64,000 nucleotides of DNA from Psilocybe cubensis (lineage: Eukaryota). The position numbers and the translations under genes are program-made. Positions 52,521-64,000 of the stretch are shown here, piece after piece. Location: assembly GCA_017499595.2 (NCBI GenBank), contig CM038999.1, forward strand, positions 3,100,001 through 3,164,000, read 5' to 3'. The notes beneath the pieces are model-generated. The model had not been told where the DNA came from. It did no database searches and worked only from the letters and a program-made list of their open reading frames with translations. Every line of letters starts with the position of its first letter. Positions within the stretch are counted from its first letter, which is position 1.

Positions 52521-52974
52521 AACACTTCAAGTAGACACTCGTTTCCCAAACGTTACATGTAGTGGCATGCGTCATCAACAGAATGTTTTCCAATTCAACT
52601 TCGGTCCACATTTGAATTAGACGCCTTGATGACATCACACATGTGCTCCCAAAATCGCCGTGGTGGTGTAAATCGTTGATTGCCTGCTATGCTATGGGAA
52701 GGTAAAACCATATTATTATTCTCGCCTGGTTATCCAAAATGTATATATGGAAGTAAGTATCCGTGACATGGGATAAAGAGGGTTTTGATCCTGTGAATAA
52801 CTACGAACCCAAAAAATCAAAAAAATTCCACGAATACGACGTGTTACAAAGATGAGTGAGATTCACAAACAATAGATGAGTATATGCGTGCCAAAATACC
52901 AGATTTGGCGTCCTCTTTGAGTCGTAAAATAGATCGTTGGCGTCAACTGGCGACGAAAATTTGAGCCACCATAT

Positions 52975-55740
52975 CTAGGTGAAGATTTTTCGCTTTTGTC
53001 CCCGAACAGAAGTTGTCAGAAACTCTGGCGTGGGAGGCTCATGTGTCTGAGGTTCCACGATCTCCCCCTCAGCATCGAGAGGCCAAAAGGAATTCTTGAA
53101 TAGGTTCTTCGGATCATAGAAGCCTTTGATCTCACACAGACGTGACCAGTTTGCCCCGAAGCATGCTTTGACACGCTCTGCAGGTTCATGACGACCGAGA
53201 AACTATCGAAAAGGCAAGAATCAGCACCAAAGACGTAAAAACACTGCGTTCAGATTGTCGTAGTGTGGATATTAAGTGGAGGTAACTTACACTCGGGAGA
53301 GGTCCACCTACGTGAACTGGTTTGAGAGTTCCTGCAATCCACTGCCGAAAGGAAGTCAGTTAGCAACAGGGACCAACTCCGTGATATGAACAGTAATGGA
53401 AAAATCACAAAGACGAAGAGGTGAAAGTAAAGACTTACTTCTTCCGCCGAATCTATGCAACGGTCGTCGTCTATGTCCATTTCCCACTGATGAAGAGCAG
53501 CAATTGTGAAAGAAGCCTCGCGCTGAGACTTAGGTATACATGTATTTTCGAAGTCACTGATGGCACCACCAGCTAATTCGAAAAGCCAGGCTATTGTTTG
53601 TGGGGAATGTTATCGTATGCAAAGGGCGAGGCACGACAAAGGACCACTCACTGCAACCAACAGGAGTATCTGCAAACTGTAAAACGGTCTCATTGATGAT
53701 GTCATCAGGTAGAGAAGAAATCAAGGCAGAGCGAATGAACCACTGTCTCCCAGCTGAAAAAATAAATACTTTTAGTTTCCAAGTGAGTCAGAAGAAACAT
53801 ACACGGTGCACCTTTTCCACGAAGGACTTGGGCGACGCTGTCTTGTTGGTGCAAGAAACTTTTTTCGTTGACTTCATTCAACAAGCAACTTTCTCCATTC
53901 CACGACGATAGAGCCTGAAGATACTCCTTTCCCTTGTCTTCAGGGCCAACATAACACATTTGTATGACTACCAAGGAGTCTTTGCCTGCTGGCCCAGCAG
54001 TAAGAAGAACATTGGCATAGAGCTCACGAGGGGCACCTTTGACACAGTCCCTGAAATGCTTAATGAGAGATGGGGCAGTTGCTTTGTTGAAACGGCTATA
54101 AGAATTATATGAGGTTATGATCAAGATGCTAAACTCAATTATATGGGGACGAACTATAAGAGATTGCCCGCGAAAACGACGGGGACGGGGTATGCTTTGG
54201 CCTTGTACCGGGTGGCTATTCCGAAGCAAGAACCAGCTCCCCGGACAGCATAGAAAAGATCTTTATGGCCCTATGAGTCTACGATCTATTCTCAGATACA
54301 TGGATTCGGCGCACCAGTGTATTCATCTTCACTTGCAACCACAATGCGACCATCGGCTAACACCATTTCCACCTCAACGAGGTTGTCAACGCTCAATCCG
54401 TGTAGGCGGCTCAGGAAGCCGAAACCTCCCAAAAGCATGATGGAAGATCCCACAGGATGCGCCGCACTGAATATAACGCAAGTTAGTCTGGCAGAACCAC
54501 ATGAATTTAAATTAAGGCACTCATTTACTCACAATGGAACGTGATAGGGAATTCCGTCTCCACTACCCGTAATATATCTGGCCTCCAATTTCTGTCGGGC
54601 AGTGTAAGTATCAATTTCTTTTTGTCTCATTCCTGCCCCAAAAGTGACATATGCGTGCGGGTAGATAGGTTCAACCTCAGCTGGAATTTGCATCTGGGCA
54701 TCCCCAAAGCTAAATGGGCCATTGGAAATCAAAGAATCTGACGGGGTACCCCAGGAAGACATCACCGGAAGAGAATTATACGAAGATGGTAAAACGGTCG
54801 GTGGAGGAATTGAGGGGAAATTATTTGTCGTGTCAAGATAGCCGAAAGGGTTGGCTCCCGGTGGGGCACCGATACTTGGAGGTAAATACAGTGCATTTGC
54901 ACCATTACCCGAGGTTGCACAATCTTCTGGAGGTGGTGATGGAGTTGTGCCAACAGTAGAAGAGGATTGCTCGCGAAAGTCTGAACCAGAATTGGACGAG
55001 CCAGAGGATGTCTGAGAAATTACAGGTGCGGGAGACAAAGAAGATGAAGATGATTCGTGATGATCAATGCGTCTTCGAACGCTTGGGGACGGACCATCTT
55101 CCTGCTTCGAGGAACGCGGCGGGAAAGCTGGGCCACGTAAAAACGAAGCGACTGCGAGAGATGCAGAATCGTAATGGCGAAGATTAGCGTCCTCTTCTCT
55201 GCGTCGTTTCCCAGAGCTAGCCACAGAGAGATTAGACTGTACTTTTTTCCCTTTGCTGTTGACAGATGCGACATCACGTAGACTGGTGAAGGTGCCGTCC
55301 TCGTTGGGTGGTTCGATCTCCACCTCCGCAAGCTTGCTGAGATCTATGATTATATCGCCTCCAATGGCCCAGCCTGCGGTACCGTATCCACCAGCCTTGA
55401 CCGATGGTGACAAGGAGTGCTTAACGCAAAATAGTACAATTCTAATGATTTGTTAGTGAGCTATTATTCCGAATTGTTAAACCGAACAATGTGTACTTGC
55501 TGACATCCTCTGCATCCAAAGGGCAGACAACTGCCTTGGAGGCACTTACTACATTCCCATTGAATATAGTCGAGTAATCGGCGAACCTAACGTTCGATTA
55601 TATGTGTTACTCAAGGCAAATTAGCAGTGTGGACGCAAAAAGTCTCACCCAGGTTCGTCTCTCCGATAGACTTGACCGCGAACAGAAGATCCAAGCTCCT
55701 CGTAGAGCTCTTTGGAGAGCGGTTCAACGGTTGGAGGCAT
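52975..55740 (-). CDS. FAD-linked oxidoreductase (VAO/berberine-bridge-enzyme-like) with a long low-complexity insertion
   Basis: MPPTVEPL...IFNGNV...AVVCPLDAEDVS...SVKAGGYG...IIIDLS; GGFGFLSRLHGLSVDNLVEVEMVLADG; C-terminal FGANWSRLCEIKGFYDPKNLF. Confidence 0.88.
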
Positions 55741-58700
55741 TGCGAGATGGATGTGAAGGAGGGAAATGCATTGGGTTTTTATAAGAAGAGGTCGGCTCTT
55801 ACTGTCACGTTAGGGTACTCCAAGGCACCCAGAACGATCAATTCATATTGACAATTACCGAATCGGGCGAGGTCGATCTCGGACTTCCAATCGCAGTTTT
55901 AAGCCATCCTCGAAACTCTGAGCTATTCAACTCACTTCAAATTCTACTCAGTTGCTTCGGTTTTTCTACAGGAAGCTTTACCTCTTCGGATTCTTTCATT
56001 CTCACCTTAAATGTGCAGCATCCAATCCACCCACTTCTCTCTCAAAAGAGATAGCAGTGATCAATCTCTGGTAGTGAAACCTTGGACCGTGACTGCCGCA
56101 GGTTCGGGACATTAACTGGTACATACTATCTTAACTTTCTGTGAGTATTTCCGTTCATCTTCCTTTGATTGCCTGGTAATGCTTGAGTTCCTTCAACGCA
56201 TGTACTACGGAGTCTTCGGCCTATTTCGTTTACCCATTCCGTGTATGAACTTCATGAAGTGGCACGCTCCCTTTCTCTGTGGTATATGAAGTAATTCCAT
56301 TTCGTAAGCTTGCAGTTTTTTTTGCTTCTGGCATTCCACGATCTGCTCTGGGACAATGATACTATTGTCGTGTCCGAAGTTATGAGAGGAAAATTTACGG
56401 GAGATTCCCATGACTTAATCGAAAGGGAAGGTTTGACAAGGACATAAAGCGCTGGGTTTGAATATCCTCCACCTGAGAATCACACTCTCGTTACTTGCAC
56501 ATCAATCGAACCCTTAGAACCCTGTACATCTCTTTATATTCTCATAGTCTCAATTTATCATCTGTTTTTAGTATATCAACAGTTTTGCAGCTACTCCCGA
56601 AAGTACGTATACTAATTAGTAATAAATTACAATTGATCTTGTTTGAAGCCGTAGTCGGCGTCGTTAATCTAAAAAATTCTGCAGTATTCTGCAGGGACAT
56701 GAGGTCCTTCTGGTAGATATGGCAGCAGATAAACCTAATAATGATCATTGAGCGAGTGAATAAAATTTGGACGTAACTATATCCATTTCGTAGAGCCATA
56801 TTACGGGGTGAAATTTGTTTTACAATACCTCGTTGCTTCTTTTAACTTCGAAACACATCAGATGACGTTCACCAGCAACACGCTTCGCGGAGAACACAAA
56901 AGAATGCGATATATTTTAAGGAGCATATCATAAAGGCCATTCGTGGACCTCTTCTTATCACCCCGTGCACTAAATATCCAAGTATCTAATCACAGGATAT
57001 TCGAAGCATGGGTCTGCTTCAGAAACGTTATCAAATTGCCGGTATGTAGTTTTTTTTTTGCGCTGAACTCGTCCTTAATGCCGTATAGACACGTGTGTTA
57101 TTATGTTCACACAGGCCGTCCAAGCCGAAAGGCACCTCTTGTTTTATAAATGCTCTTGGAGTCCCAGTTTACTGTTAACAATTTATTCTAAATTAATGTA
57201 TTTCTTTGCGTGCGGTTTCGACGGGTATCTCTTGCAAAGTTACACGCTTGATCTTGTCTTATTTGAATTTTTTCTACAAATACATTTGGCGGTCAAACTT
57301 TAGTTATTTTCAAAAACTACGCAGCAGTCGCAGTGGTGCCATATACAAATTGGACCATTGGAACGACGGAGTTCTCAGAGAATAGTATCTTTTCCGAACC
57401 TTCCGGTGTCCTTGTAGTGAAGCATGTATCCCTCTAGTCGAATAAATTTGGCCTAGTAGGGAATGGGTACCAATTCCGACTCAGAGAAGGGCAGAGAAGC
57501 TTGACAAGCTGCTAGTCCTGTGATGGAACTTCATCGGTTCGTCATTAAGGCTCAGACACCACACTTTCCCCATGCTTCGGTTGACTCCAGTTACTGGGTA
57601 CACGAAGATTCTTTGACAAAATTAAAGAGCTGGAGCGGTATTCTCTTGTAAGTTCGCAGGGGATGTCTAATGCTCGTGTGACTATCTCTATTCGAGTTAT
57701 TCACAAATGAATATAAAATCAGGGTCGAAACTGAGGCATAGGATGTCAAGTAAGATAAAAATGCAGGCGTACGGACCAAGAGTACGTTATTGCTGCCGGA
57801 TACAACCGTCCCAGTGTACACTGTCTAGCATGGCAGGCTTGAGGACATCTTCACCAGTATAGCTAACAGTGAATTCAGGTTCTTACACACCAAAGTCTTG
57901 GCGTATAGATCTGCTACTCCCGCAAAAATGTCTAATTAACTTGAAACTCGTGGGGAGCATCTCGTTAAACTTCATTCGGCTGTCGCCGTCTTGAGAAATA
58001 TCAGTTAGTAAACGAAGTCAAAAGGGAATTCACCGGAAGCAACCTTAACCTACGCGCTGCGAGACATTCGTGAAGAAGTAGTCATAACTTGGAAGTTAGG
58101 AGAGATATTTTGTTGTGTTAAGATTGCCTTTAATATTGAGCGCTTAGTGAACGGAGCTCCTTAGAGACAGTACCACTTTAAGTGGGAATTCCGTAAAAAT
58201 GCATTGATCGTTGATGCCATCATGAATTTGCCGGTGTTGTCGGGACAAGGGCCGGGAAAAAGCAAAAGGGGCTACGTAGTACGGGCTAACGTTACGAAGG
58301 TTGGCGACGGACGCAGAATGCAAGAATGAATGTTTGCTGAGAGGCGTGCAATACATTCAATCAATACATTGTCAGAATTTGAAAATTATTCAGGTCCAGT
58401 TGAAATTATCCGTTGAACAGCCGCTCCACGAAATCGACTTGATGTTGGCAGGTAAAATGCACGATGTCCTAGGCAGTCGCTGTACTTGAGAGCACATGGA
58501 ATTTCACGGTCTGGACAGTGGATAGATCATTGACCCCAAATTCCGTGCGCATATTGTCACTTCGTACTCGTAGGCTCACTGACGAGTAAATTTACATCAA
58601 ATAATTTGGATTTGAAACCTACGCGTACATGTTTCATTGGACGGTCCGAGGGTTGTTTTGTTGAGGCTATGACGAACGGAGTACTCTGGACATAAGCTCA

Positions 58701-59785
58701 TTAGTTCTATCGTGGCCTCCCATTATGAACGTGCCTAAACTTCACAGCAACATTCGGGACAAAATCCGGGCCTTGCAGCTTCATCATGAAGAATTATGTG
58801 GGTGCATCGAGCCTTATATCTGCCAGACACGCTTCAAAGTTCGTTGGCGACAGCCCAAATACCCTCAGTAGTGATCAATTGTACCGCCCTAGTTGTACTA
58901 TGTTTAGTGGCAAGCATGGTCGGGGATTTGCAGTATAATCTGAAAGATTCAAAAAAGAGGTAAGATCTGCATTGGATTCTTTGCCTGGAGCTCCATATGA
59001 GCGTCGGAAAACGTCAAAGGATTCGTGATACATACAGCCTTTTCATGCCTCGGTATGGGGCCAGAATGCTCCAGGACTCACAAGAGACCAGGACCACCGG
59101 TTCGATTGTGGCGTTGTCATTCCATAAGAAGATGTATGCACTGATTGAAAATGAAGTAAATCACAACTTCTTCGTCCCGATATCCCTTTGATATATATTG
59201 CCATCTGGGTGGTATGGCAATCCACGTCTGAAGGTCGATAGTGGAGGCTTAGGCTGATGGATCCATCACCTCGTCGAGAGATTTTGGTTGGAGAAGCCTG
59301 AACCAACCAACCATCTCTGTCGCATCGAATTTTTATGCTGCCTACTGTAACAGCTGATCTTGAAATCAGGAGATCGGGGAGACAGGTTAATAACAATGAA
59401 AGCGGATGAAGAGTAGGTACTTTGTAGAAGGTTGGCTGGTGGGTAACGAAATGATTTTCTGTCAAAACACAAGCTTGTTGAAAGTGTCGGAAACGCAGCT
59501 TGTCGAGATGTAAATTCAGAAAAGGCTAGCCAAAACCATGTGCTTATACCTTGAGTGGGAAAGAAGCCCACAGGGCATTAAAGTTGCGTCCAAAGGATGT
59601 GATATTTATACGCTGGATCCCACCACGATACATCGAATATCAGAAAACAGGACAGAACGGGATAGATAACGACTTTGAATGTGATTCGAAGCCAAGTACC
59701 CTGTTCGGATACAAGATTAGATTGTCATCTGGTGGATTTTAGGTAAAATACGCCACTTCTTGTGCTTTCTTTCTTTTGGGGACGG

Positions 59786-60440
59786 TCATGACACGGAAGC
59801 TTCAGACGCGGCGTTGGGTGTTGACCCCGAAATCGTCATTTTGGCGATCTGGCCGTCGGCGTCCTCAATTTCCACCTCTATCTCGCGGTTGGACCTATCC
59901 TCAGTGTCGAGTGTAGCCTCCTCTTCCTCTTTTGATCCTTCTGATTCAAGGTTCATAACTTCAACGAACCACTTAGCACCTTCATCCCAACCCGCGATTT
60001 CAGCTTCGCCCAGAGGTGATAGTCCGGCGTTGTTTTTTATATCAATGAGATCGCGCCCAGGACCACCATCGAATAGGACAAGTTTTTTTGCAATATCGAG
60101 ATGGGTGTTGAGGGCCGCCCAGTGCAGAGGCGTTGAGCCCGAAACATTTTGGGCCGACAGCAATTCGGATGAAACAAGAGGGAGAAGGTAACTCAAGAGG
60201 TCTACAATTTATCCTGTAGCTATCAGAATGTTTTTCCATCTCAGTTATCGGCTGGAGTCCCTCACCAAGATGCCCGTTTGCACATATCATATGCAAAATA
60301 GTGTTTTTGTTTTCATCTCGAACATCGGTCAGCGACGGGGCTCCAAACTTGTTCACATAATCCTGAACATCCTCCAGATCGCCGTATCTACAGGAGAGGA
60401 GGACTTCAGATTTGTCGTCATCAGAGGGATTTGAGGACAT
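59786..60440 (-). CDS. YAR1: Ankyrin-repeat protein, Yar1-like (Rps3 chaperone); one intron
   Basis: LLSCRYGDLEDV, NTILHMICANGHL, GSTPLHWAALNTHL, IKNNAGLSPLGEAE, acidic tail. Confidence 0.8.
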
Positions 60441-61068
60441 TGAAGGCGGTGCAGAGAGCGATTGATAGTTAGTTAGTTTCGGACTTGAAATTTCACATGG
60501 CCCAATCGAACATCACAAAATTTCATTTTCTCTGCATGACGGACCTTCCAAGTTCCAACTTTGCCACTACGCAACTCATATACTTCCCCACACTCTTCTG
60601 TATCTCATGGCATCCCGTTCCCGCTTTAAACACAGCATGTCAATGTCGCATCTGGTACTACCAGAGGCACCGGTCATTCATCCTCCGTGGTATCAAAAAT
60701 AGCAGATTTGTAACAGGGAAATTCACGAACAACAAGTATACACATCTACGCAACTCATATCGTCCGACCGGCGACGGGACATTATATCCATCAAACGAAC
60801 CGCCGTTGTGCATGTGGTACTATTGATGGTGCCGAGTGCATTGCAAACGAAACGCGACACATGGACTTGGAGGGACTTGGCTGTTATTAGATACGCGAGC
60901 CTCTCCAAATTCAGTTTGGGAATGAAGCTGTTACCACCAAGTTGCATATATACCGAGATGCGATCCAAAGCCTCCGGTTTCTCTTTCCATCGACCGCTTT
61001 TTGCGTAGACACTGGGAGTTGTCCCCTCCTCCATCCCTCTCCGGTTCCAGTCTGTTGACTCTTGAGCC

Positions 61069-63170
61069 ATGTCCCATTCGTCGCCAGCAAGCTACCTAGT
61101 ATGGACATTGCTCATTGCAATGGTGAGCAACGCGCCCCAAAAGGTCGACAACTTAACCAATCCATAATTCTATAGCTTGGATCGTTCCTTTTGTTCCATC
61201 TGTGGTCATTCGACCGCTTCAGATGCCTTAAGTAGGACACAACATTCCTCCGATACCGAATAATTGCATATGTATTCATGATTCTGGTTTAGATGGAATA
61301 GCGGGGCATCCTCAGGAGCATTCAAACGGGTTATGACTGTATGTATCCATTCGCATTTAAGCATGACCTGTATTAATCGTTGTATAGTACTCATATCTAT
61401 TAACCATACCGTTAATATTTGTGTACGCGCTGGGAAACATGTGTATCAAGTATCATGAAGGCTTCATCTTCTTGCCTGAGCATGGGGGTCAGTCTTTCTT
61501 CAATTTCCCGCCCCTAAGACGATCCTGAAGATTATTTGCCTGTCAGTCATCGCCAAGCCTTATCAACTTTGGGAGCCATTTGCCAGGAGTACTATTTTCC
61601 CCTTCATGTTGATTTTCTCCATCGGGTGGAGTCTTGAAATGTAAGGGCAAACTTGTACCAATATATGTCAAAGCGCTAATTTTAACATTGCCACTTTTTT
61701 CAAGGGTCACCCATCTGGAAGGTGGGTCAATGTCAAGGTCGAATTTCTGAGCGATAGAAGCTGATGGACTTCACAGAGTTATGTTTTTGGCTGTTCCTGG
61801 TCAACTCAGGCTCCGCGCAGCAGAACTGGTTCCAGAGCCTTTATTTCAAGGTGTGGATTGGGGGTTCAACAATCGCCGTCATCTACATGCCCCTGGTGAC
61901 AATCTTCACTAGGCACGACCCACTCAAAGTACGTTAGCAAGTAAACCATTCCCCCTGCGCTACTAACCTGACCTTCGATTTCAGAGTGAGGCATTTACAT
62001 TTTTAGCTGGGAGCCTGGGTAGTCTTTCATTGACCTTGTGGTTTACCCCCGTTCTGTGTGTAACCCTGATATTTTTTTAAACTTCTGATATATTCATGCT
62101 CAATTGAATTGGTTACAGATGGACTTTCCCTAGCTTCCTAAACAACTTGGTATGTCGTCACGACGTCATTCTGTCGAAATTGTTCAGAATGCTAATCCAT
62201 CACACAGAGAGCCGAAGGAGTTGACACTGAAACCATCGTTAGGCTGACTAAATTTTCTGAACTTAATGTATGTCAAACTCACTTGAGTTGTTGATCTTCA
62301 GGACTGAACCATTTATCAGTTGATTCGCGTTGTCTTCCGATTCTTGTTCACTGTTCCATTGCTGATCTTGGGAGTCGATGGCGTTCGTCCACACAATCAC
62401 GTAAACGAAAGCATGCTATGGACAGGTTCGTAATGCCGATTAATGGTTGTGGAAAACAAAAATCTTCTAACGCTCAATTTTATAGATTTCTTGACCACCG
62501 TTGCGGGTCTTGGCTGCTGCATTTCCTCCGGTATCACACTTGTTGTATGTCACGCTCCTTGAATGGATCCTTCCTTCATAACCTTATCCATGATTTCAGA
62601 TTTTCTTCCCCAGGTCCATCGAGGGTGAAATTGCGGCGCGCGACGCTGCGAAGGAACGCAAGCGAACCCGATCAGCTGGGTACTCGGCCAGTGCGGCGGA
62701 CATGGATTCACTACACAGGCAACCGACCACCTTCCAAAATAATCAGGTTTCTACCGGCGGCACTTACCTGCTCACCTCGTCGCCAGTCAAGCAGACGCTG
62801 AGTCTCGATGGACATCATGATCAAAGCAACGACATTGCCTTCCATATTGGTCATAACACCTGGGACAACTTCGACGAAGAGCGTGATATCCCTGCGGCTT
62901 TGCCTGCAATGAAACCCCTTCGGAAGAAACAAGGTCATGACATAGAAATGAGCACCGTGGATACGTTGTCAGAGAGCAACCTCTCTGCCCACAACTTGAG
63001 AGTGTCAGGTGTCAATCCTATGATTTCGAACTTTAGGTCACCAATTGGTCAGTCTTTGATTAACGATGATTGCTGTTGCTAGTTATTAAACAGGCCTTTT
63101 TATAGACTTCCGTGGGGTTGATGCAAGCGGAAACAATTCGCGTTTGACCTTCTCGAGTCGCAAGACATAA
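61069..63170 (+). CDS. Uncharacterised multi-pass membrane protein (paralog of 21080-23436)
   Basis: MSHSSPASYLVWTLLIAM | LGSFLLFHLWSFDRFRCL; SGAFKRVMT; IRVVFRFLFTVPLLILGVDG; IFFPRSI; NFRSPID. Confidence 0.8.
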
Positions 63171-63662
63171 AATAGATCGTCGAAATTATTAACGGTTCAA
63201 AACTATTTACCATCACATCACAATGTCTATTTCTATGTTTCTCTACAAACTGCTGTCAGTCTCGCGCCTGGGAATGTAGCTACTACTATCACTACTGTCA
63301 CAACTTGACAATCGTACACTCCTTATCAAATACGTTTTTGTATTTCTACCATATACCATTGCATATTTACTTTATCGTTGAATTTATTTGTTGTCCCTTT
63401 TTATACCTACCCCAGGTTCCTTCGAAGCATGTGTGATTTTTTATCTCGATTGTTACCTATGACGTTGTAGCCCATTTGTTAGCACAGCGTCCAACGTCCA
63501 AGCCTTCCATGGAATGAGAGTCTACGGATGACCGGGCCGGTTCTCCGGACTTCCTAGAATCTTCAAGACTGTACTTCGACCATACCGACAACATAACAGA
63601 CTCCTAACCGATCTTTAATCGTCCCTATTCTTTCGTCGCCGATCCTTGGTTAAAACAATACT

Positions 63663-64000
63663 ATGTGGTAAGTATAGTTCTACTGCTTTTCTCTCTCTGC
63701 CTCTCCTACAAAGTTCATCAGCTGGATTCTCCCAGTACCAGCGTGATTGAACCATTTCACAACTAGCTGATGCGAACCTTCACAGCAAACACATCTTGAA
63801 CGCCCAGGTGTCCATTCGAGCACCATGTTGCAAACAGTGGTATGACTGTCCTGAATGCCACGCCGAATCTCAGTCGCATAAACTGGCAAAGACCACCGAG
63901 ATGGTGTTCATGTGCAAGAAATGCAAAAAGGCCTTTAGAAAGGACATGACTGTGTACGAAGAGAGCGACGAATTTTGTCCACATTGCGATAATCACTACG
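63663..64000 (+). CDS. CHY zinc-finger protein (3' truncated by the window edge); 5-nt first exon
   Basis: ATGTG|gtaagt...cag|C gives MCKHILNAQVSIRAPCCKQWYDCPECH...CKKCKKAFRKD...CPHCDNHY. Confidence 0.9.

Larger units (their letters stand above)
47867..52631 (+). repeat. Diverged tandem duplication (~47867-50630 and ~50751-52631) carrying the small secreted protein gene
   Basis: Colinear shared blocks: gtattctattgta, cggaattggaatcgg, tgtcaaccgacacccatctcatt, agaggtgaaagataagg, ggtataaa, the CDS, ttag(g/a)cgccttgatga. Confidence 0.85.

Noticed and set aside
56060-59750. 3.7-kb stretch with only short ORFs
   Set aside because: No recognisable protein motif, repeat or RNA structure found by eye; a spliced orphan gene or lncRNA cannot be excluded

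Overview
Intron-rich fungal DNA, most likely an agaricomycete basidiomycete (inferred from gene families and intron style). Host genes: an F-BAR/SH3 protein, ELP1 head-to-head with the rRNA-processing gene EFG1, two paralogous multi-pass membrane proteins, an aldo-keto reductase, another membrane protein, the PMR1 Ca/Mn P-type ATPase, a DH-domain RhoGEF, a tandemly duplicated small secreted Cys-rich protein (one copy pseudogenised), a BBE/VAO-type FAD oxidoreductase, YAR1 and a partial CHY zinc-finger gene. There are three mobile elements. (1) A full-length 8.1 kb L1-clade LINE with a 16-bp TSD and an HDV-like ribozyme fold at its 5' end. (2) An intact 6.5 kb Ngaro-type tyrosine-recombinase retrotransposon with split direct repeats and two spliceosomal introns. 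(3) A 1010-bp TIR element carrying two divergent tRNA-like units. The most striking observation is two identical copies of a ~180-nt non-canonical U1-like RNA gene with a conserved upstream-element+TATA promoter. The Ngaro element sits exactly at the +1/+2 'AT' of one copy, in sense orientation, so it lies directly under that promoter; the other copy is the empty site. All structures were read by eye, no searches or folding programs were run, and gene spans include introns.
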